Assembly: GCA_965222615.1 (NCBI GenBank)
Contig: CBDCUI010000008.1
Coordinates: 640,001-704,000 of the forward strand
Origin: Gammaproteobacteria bacterium
Lineage (GTDB): Bacteria > Pseudomonadota > Gammaproteobacteria > UBA4575
DNA: 64,000 nt
Direction of reading: 5' to 3'
The notes under the pieces were generated by a model, which was not told the DNA's origin, did no database searches, and saw only the letters and a list, made by a program, of their open reading frames with translations. The position numbers were made by a program, and so were the translations under genes. Position 1 is the first letter of the stretch. Each line of letters starts with the position of its first letter. Below, in pieces: positions 59,665 through 64,000 of this stretch.

Positions 59665-61005
59665 TTATTGTTTCTGTAATGAGTCGCCACGACCAATTGC
59701 AAAATATTCTAATCCAAGTTGTTTCATAAGACTGGGCTCATAGAGGTTGCGGCCGTCAAAAATTACCGGATTGGATAATGATTTTTTGATTTTTGTGAAA
59801 TCTGGGCTTCTAAATTCGTTCCACTCTGTAACAATTGCTAAGGCATCTGCAGAATCTAATGTTTGGTCAGTATTACTGCACAATTTGAGTTGGGAATGAT
59901 CACCATAAATGCGTTGGCACTCATCCATCGCAACTGGGTCGTAGGTTTGTACGATTGCACCTGCCTTCCACAGTGCTTCCATTAGTTCGCGGCTAGAAGC
60001 TTCACGCATATCATCCGTGTTGGGTTTGAACGCCAATCCCCAAATTGCAATTACTTTATCTTTTAAGTCGCCTTTAAAGTAGTTGTTGATTTTATTGAAT
60101 AAGACTTGTTTTTGGCGTTGATTAACTTCATCTACTGCGGAAATTAAAGTGGATGGATAATTCACTTCTTTAGCAGTATGTTGTAAAGCCTTAACATCTT
60201 TTGGGAAGCAAGAACCACCGAAACCACAGCCAGGATAAATAAATTGATACCCGATTCGAGGATCAGAACCAATACCTAATCGAACTTGTTCGATATCGGC
60301 GCCTAGATGTTCGGCAATATTTGCAAGTTCATTCATAAAGCTGATTTTCGTAGCAAGAATTGCATTGGCTGCGTATTTTGTTAATTCAGCTGAGGCGAGG
60401 TCCATTATCTGTACACGATCATGGCTGCGGTTAAAGGGCGCATACAATGCACGCATAAGTTCCGCAGTACGTGGATTTTCTGCGCCGACAATGATGCGAT
60501 CCGGTTTCATGAAATCTTCAATGGCCGCACCTTCTTTTAAAAATTCAGGATTTGAAACTACATCGAATTCAACTTCTACAGATCGCGTTTGTAATTCTTG
60601 TTGAATTGCATCGGAAACTTTTTGAGCTGTCCCAACCGGGACAGTAGATTTATTTACAATGATTTTATAATCATTCAGATTTTGTCCAATGGTTTTTGCA
60701 ACACTTAATACGTGTTGTAAATCAGCAGAGCCATCTTCATCAGGCGGTGTACCTACGGAGATAAATTGAAATAAGCCGTGTTCGAGACCTTCAATTGCAT
60801 TAAGAGTAAAGTCTATCCGCGTTGCTTCTACATTAGTTTGGATAAGTTCTTGTAGGCCGGGCTCATGTATGGGAACGATACACTGTTTTAGCTTTTTGAT
60901 TCTGTCTTCGTCTATATCTACACAAAGCACATTATTCCCTACTTGTGCAAGGCAGGCAGCGGTGACTAAACCAACATAACCAGAACCGTATATTGTTACA
61001 TCCAT
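59665..61005 (-). CDS. ugd: UDP-glucose 6-dehydrogenase
   Basis: [46 protein letters not shown]. Confidence 0.95.
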   Translation of the reverse strand: MDVTIYGSGYVGLVTAACLAQVGNNVLCVDIDEDRIKKLKQCIVPIHEPGLQELIQTNVEATRIDFTLNAIEGLEHGLFQFISVGTPPDEDGSADLQHVLSVAKTIGQNLNDYKIIVNKSTVPVGTAQKVSDAIQQELQTRSVEVEFDVVSNPEFLKEGAAIEDFMKPDRIIVGAENPRTAELMRALYAPFNRSHDRVQIMDLASAELTKYAANAILATKISFMNELANIAEHLGADIEQVRLGIGSDPRIGYQFIYPGCGFGGSCFPKDVKALQHTAKEVNYPSTLISAVDEVNQRQKQVLFNKINNYFKGDLKDKVIAIWGLAFKPNTDDMREASSRELMEALWKAGAIVQTYDPVAMDECQRIYGDHSQLKLCSNTDQTLDSADALAIVTEWNEFRSPDFTKIKKSLSNPVIFDGRNLYEPSLMKQLGLEYFAIGRGDSLQKQ

Positions 61006-61210
61006 CGTTTTTACGTAGAAATTGTTAGATAGAAATGTTTGAAATTCGAGATCGCCAGTATTGAATGTGTCGCGTAGATTTATGATAGAACTTTATCAGA
61101 TTAATACTTCTGTTGTGTGACCTAGACCGACAAACTTTCACTTTTCACATGTCACACGCTAATAGTCTTAAGAATATTTTTAATTCAGAACATGATTGCC
61201 GCTTGTAATA

Positions 61211-61440
61211 TTGACACTTTGTAGAGCTGTCCCGCACAATAAATTTTTCAGAGGGGTACCCAAGCGGTCAACGGGCGAGTATATGGATATACGAGAGAGA
61301 GAACGCATCATGGAGGATGCGTACAATAAGTAATCTCTTACTTTAATTTGAACGTCCTCCAGCCACTAAATCTATTGGATTTAGTGGGATTGGGCGGCCC
61401 GTAGGGCGAAGGGCAGGGGTGGCCTAATCCTTTCCAGCTC
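61211..61440 (+). pseudogene. Decayed tRNA-Tyr copy with duplicated promoter and inserted hairpin elements
   Basis: TTGACA-N18-CACAAT, then GAGGGGTACCCAAGCGGTCAACGGG (identical to the tRNA-Tyr 5' end), hairpin inserts, then AATCCTT. Confidence 0.75.
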
Positions 61441-61525
61441 TTTCAGAATCGCGGCTAAAACTTAAAAACATGCATGTTATAAGCATTAGTTAATGTTAAT
61501 GAGTAGAGTGAAAGAAGTATAAGAA

Positions 61526-61555
61526 TTGACAGCCAGCGAACTGAACACGCACAAT
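61526..61555 (+). promoter_or_regulatory. Sigma70-type promoter of the tRNA-tuf operon
   Basis: TTGACA-N18-CACAAT just upstream of tRNA-Tyr. Confidence 0.65.
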
Positions 61556-61565
61556 ATTTTTAACT

Positions 61566-61650
61566 GGAGGGGTACCCAAGCGGTCAACGGGAGCAGACTG
61601 TAAATCTGCCGGCTCAGCCTTCGGAGGTTCGAATCCTTCCCCCTCCACCA
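61566..61650 (+). tRNA. tRNA-Tyr(GTA)
   Basis: GGAGGGGTACCCAAG...CTGTAAA...long variable arm...GGTTCGAATCC...CCACCA. Confidence 0.97.
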
Positions 61651-61709
61651 GACATGCGCATGGCTATTATGCGCAAATTAAGTATGATGAAATCATACCT
61701 TATGATTTA

Positions 61710-61783
<74 letters not shown>

Positions 61784-61975
61784 AGAGACTAGCCGGATAA
61801 TTGCGATTTTATAGCTGTATTGGTTTAGCACGTGCGAAAGTTAAAGTTATCTAGCCGTGCTGTACGTATAGGTCTCAACTAAACCTACCTGTTAAGAAAA
61901 TTATGAGCTGGTGCTATAGAAATAGTAAATAGTACTGCAGATTAAAATTTCAAGGTTTACAATTACGCAACTTTT

Positions 61976-62051
<76 letters not shown>

Positions 62052-62111
62052 CGTATGTAGTAGTACAGTACTAAATAACAAGACAAAAAGTGTAGTAAAC
62101 GGGAGAAAAAG

Positions 62112-63302
62112 ATGTCCAAAGAGAAATTTGAGCGCACGAAGCCGCATGTCAATGTTGGGACGATCGGGCATGTAGATCATGGGAAGACGACGTTAACGGC
62201 GGCGTTGACCAAGATCATGGGAGAGGCGCACGGCGGGGAGTTTAAGGCGTATGATCAGATCGACAATGCGCCGGAAGAGCGCGAGCGGGGCATCACGATC
62301 GCGACGGCACATGTGGAATATGAGAGTCCGAATCGCCACTATGCGCATGTGGACTGTCCCGGACATGCGGACTATGTGAAGAACATGATCACAGGCGCCG
62401 CGCAAATGGATGGGGCGATTTTAGTGGTGAGTGCCGCGGATGGGCCGATGCCGCAGACCCGCGAACACATCCTATTAGCCCGCCAAGTAGGGGTGCCCTA
62501 CATATTGGTGTACATGAACAAAGCCGATCAAGTGGATGATGCCGAGCTGCTAGAACTGGTAGAGATGGAAGTGCGCGATCTACTGTCGACCTATGAATTT
62601 CCAGGCGACGATACGCCGATCGTCACGGGCTCAGCATTAAAGGCACTAGAAGGCGACACCTCCGAGATCGGCGTGCCCTCGATCGTCAAGTTGGTGGAAG
62701 AGATGGACAACTTTATCCCGGAACCGGAACGCGCGATCGATGGCGACTACATCATGCCAGTGGAAGACGTGTTTTCGATCTCCGGACGCGGCACGGTGGT
62801 GACCGGACGCATCGAGCGCGGCATCATCAAAGTCGGAGATGAGATCGAGATTGTGGGGATCAAAGACACGACGACGACGACCTGTACGGGCGTAGAAATG
62901 TTTCGCAAACTGCTGGATCAAGGGCAGGCGGGGGACAATGTAGGAGTACTACTGCGCGGCACGAAGCGCGACGAAGTGGAGCGCGGGCAAGTGCTGTGCA
63001 AGCCAGGGAGCATTACGCCGCATACCAAATTCGAAGCGGAAGTGTATATCTTGAGCAAAGAAGAAGGGGGGCGGCATACACCGTTTTTCAATGGCTATCG
63101 ACCGCAATTTTACTTTCGCACGACCGATGTGACGGGGGCGGTAGAGTTACCGAGTGGCACCGAGATGGTGATGCCGGGAGATAATGTACAGATGACGGTA
63201 TCGATGATTGCGCCGATCGCGATGGAAGAAGGGCTACGCTTTGCGATCCGTGAAGGCGGACGAACGGTGGGTGCTGGAGTCGTTGCGAAAATTATTGAGT
63301 GA
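62112..63302 (+). CDS. tuf: Elongation factor Tu
   Basis: [60 protein letters not shown]. Confidence 0.99.
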   Translation: MSKEKFERTKPHVNVGTIGHVDHGKTTLTAALTKIMGEAHGGEFKAYDQIDNAPEERERGITIATAHVEYESPNRHYAHVDCPGHADYVKNMITGAAQMDGAILVVSAADGPMPQTREHILLARQVGVPYILVYMNKADQVDDAELLELVEMEVRDLLSTYEFPGDDTPIVTGSALKALEGDTSEIGVPSIVKLVEEMDNFIPEPERAIDGDYIMPVEDVFSISGRGTVVTGRIERGIIKVGDEIEIVGIKDTTTTTCTGVEMFRKLLDQGQAGDNVGVLLRGTKRDEVERGQVLCKPGSITPHTKFEAEVYILSKEEGGRHTPFFNGYRPQFYFRTTDVTGAVELPSGTEMVMPGDNVQMTVSMIAPIAMEEGLRFAIREGGRTVGAGVVAKIIE

Positions 63303-63427
63303 TTGATTTTCTCTAGTTATTTCTGGACAAGTATCTCTTTAGGAGAGGTTAGAAAAAATAGGTTCAAACTGATCTAGAAATCACGCTATAATTTCAGGTT
63401 CGGCAATTGGAAGGTACTGACGGTTTT

Positions 63428-63503
63428 AGGCCAGTAGCTCAATTGGCAGAGCGGCGGTCTCCAAAACCGCAGGTTGGGGGTTCGATTCCCTCCTGGCCTG
63501 CCA
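63428..63503 (+). tRNA. tRNA-Trp(CCA)
   Basis: AGGCCAGTAGCTCAATTGG...CTCCAAA...GGTTCGATTCC...GGCCTGCCA. Confidence 0.97.
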
Positions 63504-63563
63504 AATGAGCCCTAGTGTAAGCAAGTTCACGAGCTACATCACAAGCAGAAATATTAAGTAAAT

Positions 63564-63932
63564 ATGTCAGGAAAAGCTGAAGCAAGTGCAAGCGGCTTGG
63601 ATGTCTTTAAGCTAGCGATAAGTGCTGCCATCCTAATCGCGAGCATTGTGGTGTTTTATTGGTTTGCCGATCAACCACTGCTTTATCGAGTACTAGGCAT
63701 TGTGGCTGCGGTGATTGTTGCTGCAGTAATTGCATTAACCACCACACGTGGCCGAACGCTTGCAGGGTTTATGCAAGAAGCACGTACTGAAGTGCGCAAG
63801 ATGGTGTGGCCTACGCGGGTTGAAACTCTGCAAACGACAATAATCGTATTTATTGTGGTTGTGCTTTTAGCTCTGTTTTTGTGGTTTGTAGATCGTATAT
63901 TGACAACTTTAATACAGTACGTAATTCAATAA
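63564..63932 (+). CDS. secE: Preprotein translocase subunit SecE
   Basis: Three TM helices; EARTEVRKMVWPTR.ET. Confidence 0.95.
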   Translation: MSGKAEASASGLDVFKLAISAAILIASIVVFYWFADQPLLYRVLGIVAAVIVAAVIALTTTRGRTLAGFMQEARTEVRKMVWPTRVETLQTTIIVFIVVVLLALFLWFVDRILTTLIQYVIQ

Positions 63933-63946
63933 AGGTTTAGATTTCT

Positions 63947-64000
63947 ATGCATTGGTATGTTGTACATGCATATTCGGGTTATGAACACCAAGTAAAGCGT
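63947..64000 (+). CDS. nusG: Transcription termination/antitermination factor NusG (5' end only)
   Basis: MHWYVVHAYSGYEHQVKR immediately after secE. Confidence 0.9.
   Translation, partial: MHWYVVHAYSGYEHQVKR

Overview
AT-rich bacterial chromosome segment, most likely a gammaproteobacterium (inferred from the birA-coaX-SPOR-tRNA-Thr ... tRNA-Tyr-Gly-Thr-tuf-tRNA-Trp-secE-nusG order and the rRNA sequence). From left to right: (1) an ABC transporter/YVTN cluster of the kind linked to PQQ alcohol dehydrogenases, plus an ExbB-like cluster. (2) An rRNA locus with no 16S gene: promoter, about 360 nt of structured sequence, tRNA-Ile, tRNA-Ala, 23S, 5S. The 23S is interrupted three times: a helix-45 intervening sequence encoding a four-helix-bundle protein, a group I intron at L1931 with a LAGLIDADG ORF, and an ORF-less group I intron at L1951. 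(3) A six-gene operon: DUF1611-like NTPase, two PahZ1-like hydrolases, HlyD, a 7TM/degenerate ATP-grasp fusion, and a cyanophycin-synthetase-like ligase with a degenerate Mur domain. This is my best candidate for an undescribed polyamide synthesis/export system. (4) A chimeric scar of globin, 23S and 5S fragments. (5) An atypical periplasmic nitrate-reductase-like cluster with an FNR box and a lipoprotein truncated globin. (6) Housekeeping genes, an IS481 element, a DsrE-TusA-SQR-like operon and a CIRCE-preceded uncharacterised gene pair. (7) About 10 kb of accessory DNA, including a RES-Xre toxin-antitoxin pair, splitting the tRNA-Thr/tRNA-Tyr cluster. A family of small palindromic elements recurs at tRNA, 5S and gene ends. 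All family assignments come from motif recognition by eye; no database searches were run.
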